Of a stretch of DNA of 32,000 nucleotides, positions 18,541-25,855 are shown piece after piece. The position numbers and the translations under genes are program-made. The notes beneath the pieces are model-generated. The model was not told the origin of the DNA, made no database searches, and saw only the letters and a program-made list of their open reading frames with translations. Each line of letters begins with the position of its first letter. Within the stretch, counting starts at the first letter, position 1. This DNA comes from Terrimonas rubra (lineage in GTDB: Bacteria > Bacteroidota > Bacteroidia > Chitinophagales > Chitinophagaceae), in contig NZ_JBHUOZ010000001.1 in NCBI RefSeq assembly GCF_042686025.1, positions 1,778,424-1,810,423 on the forward strand. Reading direction: 5' to 3'.

Positions 18541-21396
18541 TTACGCGAAGAGGTATGCAATATCTTCCTCCGATAGGTTTTGTATAAATCCGTCATCGGT
18601 GGAGATAAGGTCGGCAGATAGCTTTTTCTTTTTGCTTTGTAACTGGATGATCTTTTCCTCTATACTATCCTTACAGATCATTTTATAGGCAAATACACTC
18701 TTGGTCTGGCCAATGCGGTGGGTACGGTCAATGGCCTGCTGCTGTACGGCCTCGTTCCACCAGGGGTCAAAGAGAAATACATAGTCGGCCGCCGTTAAGG
18801 TAATACCGGCATTACCGGCTTTCAGGCTGATGAGGAAAAGGTTGGTATCATTGTCTTCCTGCTGGAAAGCATTGACCATCTCCATTCTTTTTTCTGCCGG
18901 GGTTTGCCCGTCGAAATGGTAGTATTTGAGTTGTTTCTTTTGGGCCTGGCCGGCAATCAGGTTTAACATACTGGTGAACTGTGAAAACACCAGTACCTTA
19001 TGCTTGGCCAGTAAATTATCCAGTTCTTCAAACAGTACCTGCATTTTAATGGATTCACTGGCCGTTCTATCCTCTTCGGGCAACAGGAGGGGAGAGTTAC
19101 ATACCTGTCTTAGTTTTAAGATACCCTGTATTACGGCCAGCTTGGCCTGGCCTACACCTTTTTGCTGAATATCGGTGAAGATATTGCCGCGTATCTGCTC
19201 CTTGATGCTTTCGTACATATCCCGCTGGCTGTTGCTCATTTCACACCAGAGCACTGTTTCCGTTTTTTCCGGCAGGTCGGTGGCTACCTGCTCCTTGGTG
19301 CGGCGTAATACAAAGGGCGCAATGATCTTTTGCAGGTACTGCATTTTCTCCTCATCGCCAAAACGGTCAATGGGATCAGCATATTCCTTTTTAAAGAACT
19401 CACGGTTGCCGAACATGCCGGGTAATACGGTGTTCAGCTGGGCGTACAGATCAAAGGTATTGTTCACTACCGGGGTACCACTGAGTGCAAAACAGTAGGT
19501 TGACCATATTTCACCCACAGCCCTGGTAATTTGTGCGGAAGGGTTTTTTATATTGTGGCTTTCATCAATGATCATAACCCCGAATTGTAAAGCTTTCAGT
19601 TTTTCTATATCTGAACGCAGGGTGCCATAGCTGGTAATGTATACCTGTACATTTTTATCCTGTAACACCGCATCATTTCTCTGGGCGCCATGGTGTACCG
19701 AAAGGTTTATACCCGGTAAAAATTTTTTAAACTCCTGTTCCCAGTTATATACCAGGGATGCGGGGCAAACAATGATATGTTGTTGCGAAGGGTTGGCTTC
19801 AATAACCGAAGCGATAAAACAAATGGTCTGTAATGTTTTACCAAGCCCCATATCATCGGCCAGGCAGCCACCTGCCCCGGCATCGGATAATAAACGCATC
19901 CATTCATATCCCTTTTGCTGGTAGCTTCTCAAATTGGCCTGTATAGCGGCTGGCGCAGTGTACACTGTTTCGCCTGCCAGCCATGCCTGCCAGCGTTTCC
20001 ACCAGTTGCTATAGTTAATGGCGGGTTGTAAGGACAGGTTATCCCCATCCTGCAGCGGAATAGCCAGCCAGCTGGCAATGGTGAGCTCCTGTTTATTTAC
20101 TTTGCCGTGTTTAACAAAAGTAGCGTACTGTTTATGCCAGTCATCGCCCAGCACACCCAGGCTGCCGTCTTTTAACAACACAGCTCTTTGCCCGGCAAGC
20201 AATATTTTCTGCAGTTCGTTCAGGGGTACCGTTTCGGTACCAAACTGTAATACAAATTTGATACGGATAAATTGTTCCGTGGCTTCCAGTTGTTCCATGG
20301 TGGTCACGGCCTTATGGGTGGAGTAGCGGAAATGTTTCAGCATGTCCATACCAAGCAGGTCAATGCCACTGGTCAGTAATTTATGATAGGCTTTTAAAAA
20401 CCATTGTTTCTTTTGAGCTTCGGCAAAAGAAAGGTAATAATAACCGTTTTTCTGGTCGGGAAATTTAGGATGCAGGGCCTCTAACAGGTCCAGTAATTGT
20501 TTTTCCTGCGTTTCATTGCGGTTGATGGTCACCAGCTGTCCCTTTTCCGATAATTCGGTTACAGGTTGCCAGGCGCCCTCCATAATATATCCATCGTAAC
20601 TCCATTGTGGGGTAAGCATTAAAAAGGAGCCACTTAATTCACTGAGTACCACCCGGCCAACCGGCTCTGTGTTAATGGTATTTTCGGTTTGCAGGCTATT
20701 ACGTTTAACCGGGTACTTGCCTTCCAGCTCCAGTAAAATATATTGTATCAGGTCGGCCGGATTGTAAGCATATTGTTCAGGTTGTTGCTGGCGCAGCCAT
20801 TCCAGGGTCTGGTAATCGCCGAAGTATAAGATGAAATACTCATTGCCGCTTTCCAGCAAAAAATATTTACGCGTAAAGCTGTCCAGCGCAAACGGGGTTC
20901 CGTTAATATTGATCCAGGTGGTAAGATAATAGCCATCGTCCCGGCTCTCCACTTCAAAACTTAATTGCGGCCGGTAAGGGCTGATGCTGCAGGGAGCTGT
21001 AAGCCAGCGTTTTTTATCCAGCAGTTCACGGGTATGATACCATTTGACCAGCGGTATAAAGGGCTTGGCATCCAGTAGCCGGTCATAATAATATTTTAAC
21101 AGCTGCTGTTGCTGGAATTGCTGGAAGGGGAGAGGACTTTTTTGGAGGTTATACCGTTGTTTGATCTCGCTTACCGCTTTATCCATATTATCGTCGCTAA
21201 AGCTGGCGAACGCTTTTAATGCCTCCTGTGGTAAGTGGCCAAACTGTTGCTGTAAGCTTTTGTTTACAATGGCGTTAGATGCATATACAGGAGGTTTGGC
21301 CTCCTTGTCCACCTTTAATAATTGTACAAACCCTTTCGGTGTATCAATCTTATGTGCAAACAGTATCAGTGCGTTATTCGTCTTATTACTCGCCAT
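18541..21396 (-). CDS. SNF2-family DNA-dependent ATPase/helicase with a long N-terminal SNF2-associated region
   Basis: 951 aa. Motif I is LADDMGLGKT, motif II is DESHNIKN, motif III is LSGTPVVNN, and helicase-C motif VI is QQAIDRTHRIGQTKSVFAYK. The N-terminal 480 or so aa have no recognisable catalytic motif. Confidence 0.9.
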   Translation of the reverse strand: MASNKTNNALILFAHKIDTPKGFVQLLKVDKEAKPPVYASNAIVNKSLQQQFGHLPQEALKAFASFSDDNMDKAVSEIKQRYNLQKSPLPFQQFQQQQLLKYYYDRLLDAKPFIPLVKWYHTRELLDKKRWLTAPCSISPYRPQLSFEVESRDDGYYLTTWININGTPFALDSFTRKYFLLESGNEYFILYFGDYQTLEWLRQQQPEQYAYNPADLIQYILLELEGKYPVKRNSLQTENTINTEPVGRVVLSELSGSFLMLTPQWSYDGYIMEGAWQPVTELSEKGQLVTINRNETQEKQLLDLLEALHPKFPDQKNGYYYLSFAEAQKKQWFLKAYHKLLTSGIDLLGMDMLKHFRYSTHKAVTTMEQLEATEQFIRIKFVLQFGTETVPLNELQKILLAGQRAVLLKDGSLGVLGDDWHKQYATFVKHGKVNKQELTIASWLAIPLQDGDNLSLQPAINYSNWWKRWQAWLAGETVYTAPAAIQANLRSYQQKGYEWMRLLSDAGAGGCLADDMGLGKTLQTICFIASVIEANPSQQHIIVCPASLVYNWEQEFKKFLPGINLSVHHGAQRNDAVLQDKNVQVYITSYGTLRSDIEKLKALQFGVMIIDESHNIKNPSAQITRAVGEIWSTYCFALSGTPVVNNTFDLYAQLNTVLPGMFGNREFFKKEYADPIDRFGDEEKMQYLQKIIAPFVLRRTKEQVATDLPEKTETVLWCEMSNSQRDMYESIKEQIRGNIFTDIQQKGVGQAKLAVIQGILKLRQVCNSPLLLPEEDRTASESIKMQVLFEELDNLLAKHKVLVFSQFTSMLNLIAGQAQKKQLKYYHFDGQTPAEKRMEMVNAFQQEDNDTNLFLISLKAGNAGITLTAADYVFLFDPWWNEAVQQQAIDRTHRIGQTKSVFAYKMICKDSIEEKIIQLQSKKKKLSADLISTDDGFIQNLSEEDIAYLFA

Positions 21397-21424
21397 TACC
21401 TTCTTCTTATATAAAAATGGGTGG

Positions 21425-21432
21425 CAAACTTA
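21425..21432 (-). promoter_or_regulatory. Bacteroidota -7 box candidate (TAAGTTTG on the minus strand) for the SNF2 gene
   Basis: The reverse complement of caaactta fits TAnnTTTG, 28 nt upstream of the SNF2 ATG (21396). No clear -33 TTTG. Confidence 0.3.
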
Positions 21433-21576
21433 TAACAACCGGCCTGTAATCGGAAATAATAATATCAACGCCCCGGCCCTTAAATATTTAAAAAAATGAT
21501 AATTGGTAGCCCAAATCCAATGGGTTAACATTATCTTCAACCTACCTTATCAACTGACAAATTCGAACTGTTTATT

Positions 21577-22095
21577 ATGATTATTCTTGAAACTGAACGA
21601 TTGTATATCAGGGAATTTACTTACGATGATGCTCCGTTTATTATTGAACTGGTAAATAATCCCACCTGGCTTGAATTTATTGGCGATAGAAATGTGAATA
21701 ACCTGGAGGATGCTCACCGTTACATGCGGGATAAGATCATCTACCTGTACCAGCAGTATGGGTACGGCCCCTGGTTGCTGGAAGATAAGCATACCCATGA
21801 ATCCATCGGCATGTGCGGGCTGATCAACCGTGATTTCCTGCTCCACACGGATATAGGTTATGCTTTGCTGCCTGGCTTTACGGGCAAGGGACTTGCTTTT
21901 GAAGCGGCTAAGGCGGTGCTGGACTATGGTTACGGGGTATTGCAACTGCCGGCCATTGTGGCCATAACCTTACCCACCAATACAGCTTCTATCAGGTTAT
22001 TGCAAAAACTGGGGATGCAAAGCAGCAGCAGTATACAGCCTCCGCAGAGTCCTAATACCCTCAGCCTCTTTGAGCCGGTAACGGTAAATAACTGA
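21577..22095 (+). CDS. GNAT-family N-acetyltransferase (RimJ/RimL-like, Acetyltransf_3)
   Basis: 172 aa. It starts with LETERLYIREFTYDDAPFIIELVNNPTWLEFIGDR and has a later GYALLPGFTGKGLAFEAAKAVLDYGY acetyl-CoA-binding region. It is divergent from the SNF2 gene. Confidence 0.85.
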   Translation: MIILETERLYIREFTYDDAPFIIELVNNPTWLEFIGDRNVNNLEDAHRYMRDKIIYLYQQYGYGPWLLEDKHTHESIGMCGLINRDFLLHTDIGYALLPGFTGKGLAFEAAKAVLDYGYGVLQLPAIVAITLPTNTASIRLLQKLGMQSSSSIQPPQSPNTLSLFEPVTVNN

Positions 22096-22282
22096 GTAAA
22101 ACAGTTTTTTCTATAAAAACAGTAGGATAATGAGTTTACTGTGCTTATCTTAGAATGGTACTAGCAACAAAATACAGGCGTTTTATAAAAAACTTGCTAT
22201 AATTTTTTGTTGAACCACTGTATTCGTTGTAATTTCATTTTTACTTCATTACCTATCATTCCAACTAAAAAAACATTGATGT

Positions 22283-22939
22283 ATGGCAACAAAGAAAAAA
22301 GCCAAACCTTCACCTGCTAAAAAGAAAGCAGCTCCTAAAAAAGCTGTGAAAAAGGCAGCGCCCAAAAAAGCCGCTAAGAAGGCAGCTCCTAAAAAAGCTG
22401 TAAAAAAAGCCGCTCCCAAAAAAGTGGTTAAAAAAGCTGTGAAAAAGGCAGCGCCTAAAAAAACTGCTAAAAAAGCCGCCCCCAAGAAGGCTGCAAAAAA
22501 AGCTGCTCCTAAAAAGGCGGTAAAAAAAGCAGTGAAAAAAGCCGCGAAGAAAGTTGTTGCCAAAAAGAAAATAGCTACTAAAAAAGCCGCCCCTAAAAAG
22601 ACTGCAAAAAAAGCCGCTCCTAAAAAGGCAGTAAAAAAAGCAGCACCTAAAGCCGCTCCTAAAAAAGTGGTGAAGAAAGCAGTTCCTAAAAAAGTGGCTC
22701 CCAAAAAAGCTGCTCCTAAAAAGGCGGTAAAAAAAGCGGCCCCTGCTAAGCCGGTAAAACAACCAGAAGCAAAAGAGGTGTTTGAACCTAAAATTGCCCC
22801 GGCTCCGGAAGAAACACCGGCTCCTGTTGAAGAAGCGCCGGTAGCTGAAAACCGCCCCGCGGTACAGACCGACCTGTTTGACGCTCCTCCTTCTCCTGTT
22901 GCAGGTGAAGATGAAAAAACAGAAGAAGCTCCTTTATAA
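22283..22939 (+). CDS. Histone H1-like Lys/Ala/Pro-rich repetitive nucleoid-type protein with an acidic Pro-rich tail
   Basis: 218 aa. Residues 1-150 or so are degenerate (A)AKKAAPKKAVKK repeats. The last 65 or so aa are acidic and proline-rich (PEAKEVFEPKIAPAPEETPAPVEEAPVAENRPAVQTDLFDAPPSPVAGEDEKTEEAPL). A strong bidirectional terminator follows. Confidence 0.8.
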   Translation: MATKKKAKPSPAKKKAAPKKAVKKAAPKKAAKKAAPKKAVKKAAPKKVVKKAVKKAAPKKTAKKAAPKKAAKKAAPKKAVKKAVKKAAKKVVAKKKIATKKAAPKKTAKKAAPKKAVKKAAPKAAPKKVVKKAVPKKVAPKKAAPKKAVKKAAPAKPVKQPEAKEVFEPKIAPAPEETPAPVEEAPVAENRPAVQTDLFDAPPSPVAGEDEKTEEAPL

Positions 22940-22959
22940 GGAGTTTTGGAACGATAAAT

Positions 22960-22989
22960 AAAAGGTCCGGTTTTCGCCGGACCTTTTTT
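22960..22989. terminator. Bidirectional rho-independent terminator between the convergent H1-like and mgtE genes
   Basis: A perfect 11-bp stem (aaaaggtccgg at 22960-22970 and ccggacctttt at 22977-22987) has a 6-nt loop, a T-run on the plus strand and an A-run (T-run on the minus strand) on the other side. Confidence 0.85.
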
Positions 22990-23023
22990 ATGCTATTCAA
23001 ATAAAATTACCTGTTTTACCTGC

Positions 23024-24418
23024 TTATAAAAGACTGCCGCTTAAGAACAGGTAGGCTACCGAAAAATAAATGATCAACCCTGTTACATCTACCAAGGTAG
23101 CTACAAAGGGAGTACTGGAAGCAGCAGGGTCAGCCCCCAGCCTTTTTAATAATAAAGGCAGCATAGACCCCATTAAGGAGCCCCACATGACAATGCCCAG
23201 CAGGGAGCAGCCAACAGTTAAACCAATTGACATATAGTGTAAGCCGAAGGTTTGGGGCGATAATAAATGCCAGGTATAAATAATGGTTACGCCAAGTGTG
23301 CACAGGGTAATGCCCAGCATAAAGCCTGAAAGAATTTCACGGCGCATGATCCGCCACCAATCGGCAATGGTTACTTCGCCCAGGGCCATGGCCTGTATAA
23401 TAAGGGTAGAAGCCTGTGAACCGCTGTTGCCGCCACTGGAAATGATAAGGGGAATAAAGGTGGCCAGTATCACCACTTTCGCAATCTCGTCCTGGAACTG
23501 TTGCATCGCCGATATAGTGATCAGCTCACCAAAAAAGAGGATGATCAGCCAGATGATCCTTTTTTTGTATAGTCTGAACAAGGGTATTTCAATATAGGGC
23601 TCTTCCAGTGCAGCCGTACCACCCATTTTTTGCATATCCTCCGTAAACTCCTCTTCCGCTACCCATAAAATATCGTCAATGGTTACAATACCCAGGAGTT
23701 TATTGCTGCCACTTACCACGGGCAGGGCCACCCGGTTATTCATTTTAAACACTTCACTCACCGTTTCCTGGTCATCTTCGGGGTGCAGGGCGATAAAACG
23801 GTCATCCATCAGCTCCGATACCTTTTTTTCCGGCGGGTTCAGGATAAACTCGTGAATGCGCAGGTCATCCAGCAGTTCCCCTTTTTTATTGATCACGTAA
23901 ATAACGTTGATGGTCTCACTGTCCTTGCCATATTTACGGATGGTAGCAAAAACCTCCTCAATGGTATTATCGGGGTACACATACACGTAGTCAGGCGTCA
24001 TCAAACGGCCGATACTGTTCTCGGGGTAACCTAACAGGGATAGGGTAACCCTGCGTTCCTGCGGATCCAGTAACTTGATCAGTTCCCTCACCGCATTACT
24101 GGGTAATTCCTCTAAAAAGTCGGTGCGGTCATCCGCCGGCAGTTCATTCAGTAATGAGGCTACAGTATTGGGCGGGAGGTCCTGGATAATGCTTTTCTGG
24201 GTGGTGATCTCTAAGATCTTAAATACGCTGGCAGCCCGGTGTACCGACATGCCGGCAATGATACTACTCTCATAATCAGGAAATTCATACACCAGGTCAG
24301 CCACATCACTGATGTTCTGGTGGTTTAAAAACTCCTTAATTGCCAGCTTGTCCTCCGTTTTAATAACGGCCTCAAACTGCTCTTTGATCGTCAGATCGGT
24401 ATCGTACATCTCGGACAT
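23024..24418 (-). CDS. mgtE: Magnesium transporter MgtE
   Basis: 464 aa. It has an MgtE N-domain, a CBS pair (IGRLMTPDYVYV..., ALPVVSGSNKLLGIVTIDDIL) and a C-terminal 5-TM MgtE channel domain (IPLIISSGGNSGSQAS, FVATLVDVTGLIIYF). Confidence 0.92.
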   Translation of the reverse strand: MSEMYDTDLTIKEQFEAVIKTEDKLAIKEFLNHQNISDVADLVYEFPDYESSIIAGMSVHRAASVFKILEITTQKSIIQDLPPNTVASLLNELPADDRTDFLEELPSNAVRELIKLLDPQERRVTLSLLGYPENSIGRLMTPDYVYVYPDNTIEEVFATIRKYGKDSETINVIYVINKKGELLDDLRIHEFILNPPEKKVSELMDDRFIALHPEDDQETVSEVFKMNNRVALPVVSGSNKLLGIVTIDDILWVAEEEFTEDMQKMGGTAALEEPYIEIPLFRLYKKRIIWLIILFFGELITISAMQQFQDEIAKVVILATFIPLIISSGGNSGSQASTLIIQAMALGEVTIADWWRIMRREILSGFMLGITLCTLGVTIIYTWHLLSPQTFGLHYMSIGLTVGCSLLGIVMWGSLMGSMLPLLLKRLGADPAASSTPFVATLVDVTGLIIYFSVAYLFLSGSLL

Positions 24419-24514
24419 GCCCCAAAATTAAGGGAATGCGGTCGGCATGAAAACCCCCGTTCATAAAAAAAAATGTAAACTTAACGCAAACGAAAAACCA
24501 TTTACTTTGGGGTT

Positions 24515-24904
24515 ATGATTTTATCCAGTTTATTTATTGCCCGTACTGACAATATGGGAAGGGGCGTTTTTACCAATCAAGCCATCGATGCAGGTGAAGT
24601 AATTGAAGTATCACCCGTTATTGTGATGAGTGATGCCGAAAGGGAAAAGCTGGATGCTACCACCTTACACGATTATATTTTTGAATGGGACGGGCATAAT
24701 GGCATGCAGTGTTGCATGGCCATGGGCTGGGTACCCGTGTACAACCATTCCTATACTGCCAACTGCGATTATGATATGGATTACGATGAAGAAAACATCA
24801 TTATTAAAACCGTTCGTCCCATACAGGCAGGCGAACAGTTATTCATCAATTACAATGGTGAGTGGAATGATGAGAAACCGATCTGGTTTGATGTAAAGGT
24901 TTAA
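24515..24904 (+). CDS. Small SET-domain protein, probable protein-lysine N-methyltransferase
   Basis: 129 aa. The AdoMet-binding motif is GRGVFT, the NHS motif appears as VYNHSYTANC, and the post-catalytic motif is GEQLFINYN. It is divergent from mgtE. Confidence 0.8.
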   Translation: MILSSLFIARTDNMGRGVFTNQAIDAGEVIEVSPVIVMSDAEREKLDATTLHDYIFEWDGHNGMQCCMAMGWVPVYNHSYTANCDYDMDYDEENIIIKTVRPIQAGEQLFINYNGEWNDEKPIWFDVKV

Positions 24905-25191
24905 AGTTTAAGGTTTCGGGTTTAAGGTTGTCGTGCCGGATTGTAAAGGGTTCAAAAAGTTCAAAGTTCAAGAGGTTCAAGGTTGTCGTGCTGTATCAGG
25001 TTTTCCTTCTGTATACTAAATACTATATACTGAATACCATCAGTTTGTAATCGGCTGTAATTCCCTGATCGGGCTGCTGTTGCGACGCTCCGTTCATCCT
25101 TCGTTTCGTTAATCGGCAGTGAAAAGTGGGTAATACGTAATGAGCCTGTTCTTGCCAATTGCTTATTGCCCATTGTCAACTGTCCATTTAC
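24905..25191. repeat. Mosaic intergenic repeat, copy B (inverted relative to copy A), heptanucleotide-phased
   Basis: Phased 7-mers run from 24901 (ttaaagt ttaaggt ttcgggt ttaaggt tgtcgtg ccggatt gtaaagg gttcaaa aagttca aagttca agaggtt caaggtt gtcgtgc). Block 24980-25054 is the reverse complement of 18438-18512 (75/75). Block 25152-25178 is the reverse complement of 18315-18341 (27/27). Block 25080-25098 is the reverse complement of 28723-28741 in copy C (19/19). Confidence 0.85.
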
Positions 25192-25851
25192 TTAAACGAT
25201 CAGCTTATGCTCATACGCATACTTAATTAACCCTATCACAGAGTTGGTGCCCGTTTTGCGGAAGATATTCTTGCGGTGTGTCTCCACGGTGCGTTCGCTG
25301 ATGAATAAAGCATCGGCTATCTGGCGGTTATTGTACTCTTTTTCTATCAGGCGGGTAATTTCTATTTCTCTTTCGGTAAGGTGTACTTCGGGTAATTGTT
25401 TTTTACGGGTGCTGTTTTTATCAAGTTCGTTCAGTACATCTTCCTGGAAATACATACCGCCGCCGGCAATTTTCTTCAGGGCGGTTACCAGCTCCTGTTT
25501 GCCGATATTCTTTAACACATAACCCGATATATCGGCCTGGTTGATCATTTCATCCACCACATCACCTGCACCGCTCATGGAAAGCGCCAATATTTTTACC
25601 TGCGGAAATTGTTGTTTTACCAGCTTGGCCAGTTCATTACCCGGCAGCCCCGGCATCATGACATCCGTTAATAAAATATCTACATGGTTTTGCGATAAAC
25701 GTTCAATCACCGTATGGGGGTCCGTTGTAGCAAAAACAAAATCGTAGCAATCATAACCCTTTAAAAGGGCCAGTATACCATCAATTACAATCTGGTGGTC
25801 ATCTACAATGGCGAGGGCTATTTTGTCTGCTTTCATGCGTGGTAATTGCAA
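25192..25851 (-). CDS. NarL/LuxR-family two-component response regulator (REC + LuxR HTH)
   Basis: 219 aa. The REC domain shows ALAIVDDHQIVIDGI, ILLTDVMMPGLPG and KILALSM. The C-terminal HTH is LTEREIEITRLIEKEYNNRQIADALFISERTVETHRKNIFRK. It lies 4 nt downstream of the kinase gene. Confidence 0.92.
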   Translation of the reverse strand: MQLPRMKADKIALAIVDDHQIVIDGILALLKGYDCYDFVFATTDPHTVIERLSQNHVDILLTDVMMPGLPGNELAKLVKQQFPQVKILALSMSGAGDVVDEMINQADISGYVLKNIGKQELVTALKKIAGGGMYFQEDVLNELDKNSTRKKQLPEVHLTEREIEITRLIEKEYNNRQIADALFISERTVETHRKNIFRKTGTNSVIGLIKYAYEHKLIV

Positions 25852-25855
25852 TGTA

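Noticed and set aside
18541-21396. SNF2 helicase as part of a phage-defence system (DISARM/BREX-like)
   Set aside because: No partner genes are adjacent (no methyltransferase, PLD nuclease, DUF1998, PglZ, etc.). The N-terminal region looks like the common SNF2-associated domain of housekeeping RapA/HepA-like proteins.
22300-22750. Tandem DNA repeats that could be mistaken for a CRISPR or satellite array
   Set aside because: The units are degenerate, contiguous (no spacers) and in frame within a coding sequence. No cas genes are present.
22249-22762. Two long antisense ORFs (150-151 aa, FLGAAFF / FFRS-rich) overlapping the H1-like gene
   Set aside because: They are mirror images of the repetitive AAG/AAA/GCN codons of the plus-strand gene and stay open only because of the low-complexity repeat. 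The plus-strand frame has a proper start, a non-repetitive C-terminus and a terminator.
24419-24514. Possible Mg2+ riboswitch (M-box) upstream of mgtE, and a symmetric TTTGGGG motif just upstream of both divergent start codons (24420-24427 ccccaaaa, 24505-24511 tttgggg)
   Set aside because: The whole spacer is only 96 nt and is shared by two divergent promoters, which is too short for an M-box (about 160 nt). A 7-nt inverted match is too short to be significant without conservation data.
24961-25179. 72-aa minus-strand ORF inside repeat copy B
   Set aside because: It lies wholly within the heptamer-repeat element between two convergent genes. The equivalent region of copy A has no matching ORF.
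18248-25191. Inverted-repeat-flanked segment as a composite transposon or genomic island
   Set aside because: There is no transposase, integrase, recombinase or tRNA target, and I saw no obvious compositional break. The repeats also occur at a third unrelated locus (28623-28883), so they look like a dispersed intergenic family rather than element termini.
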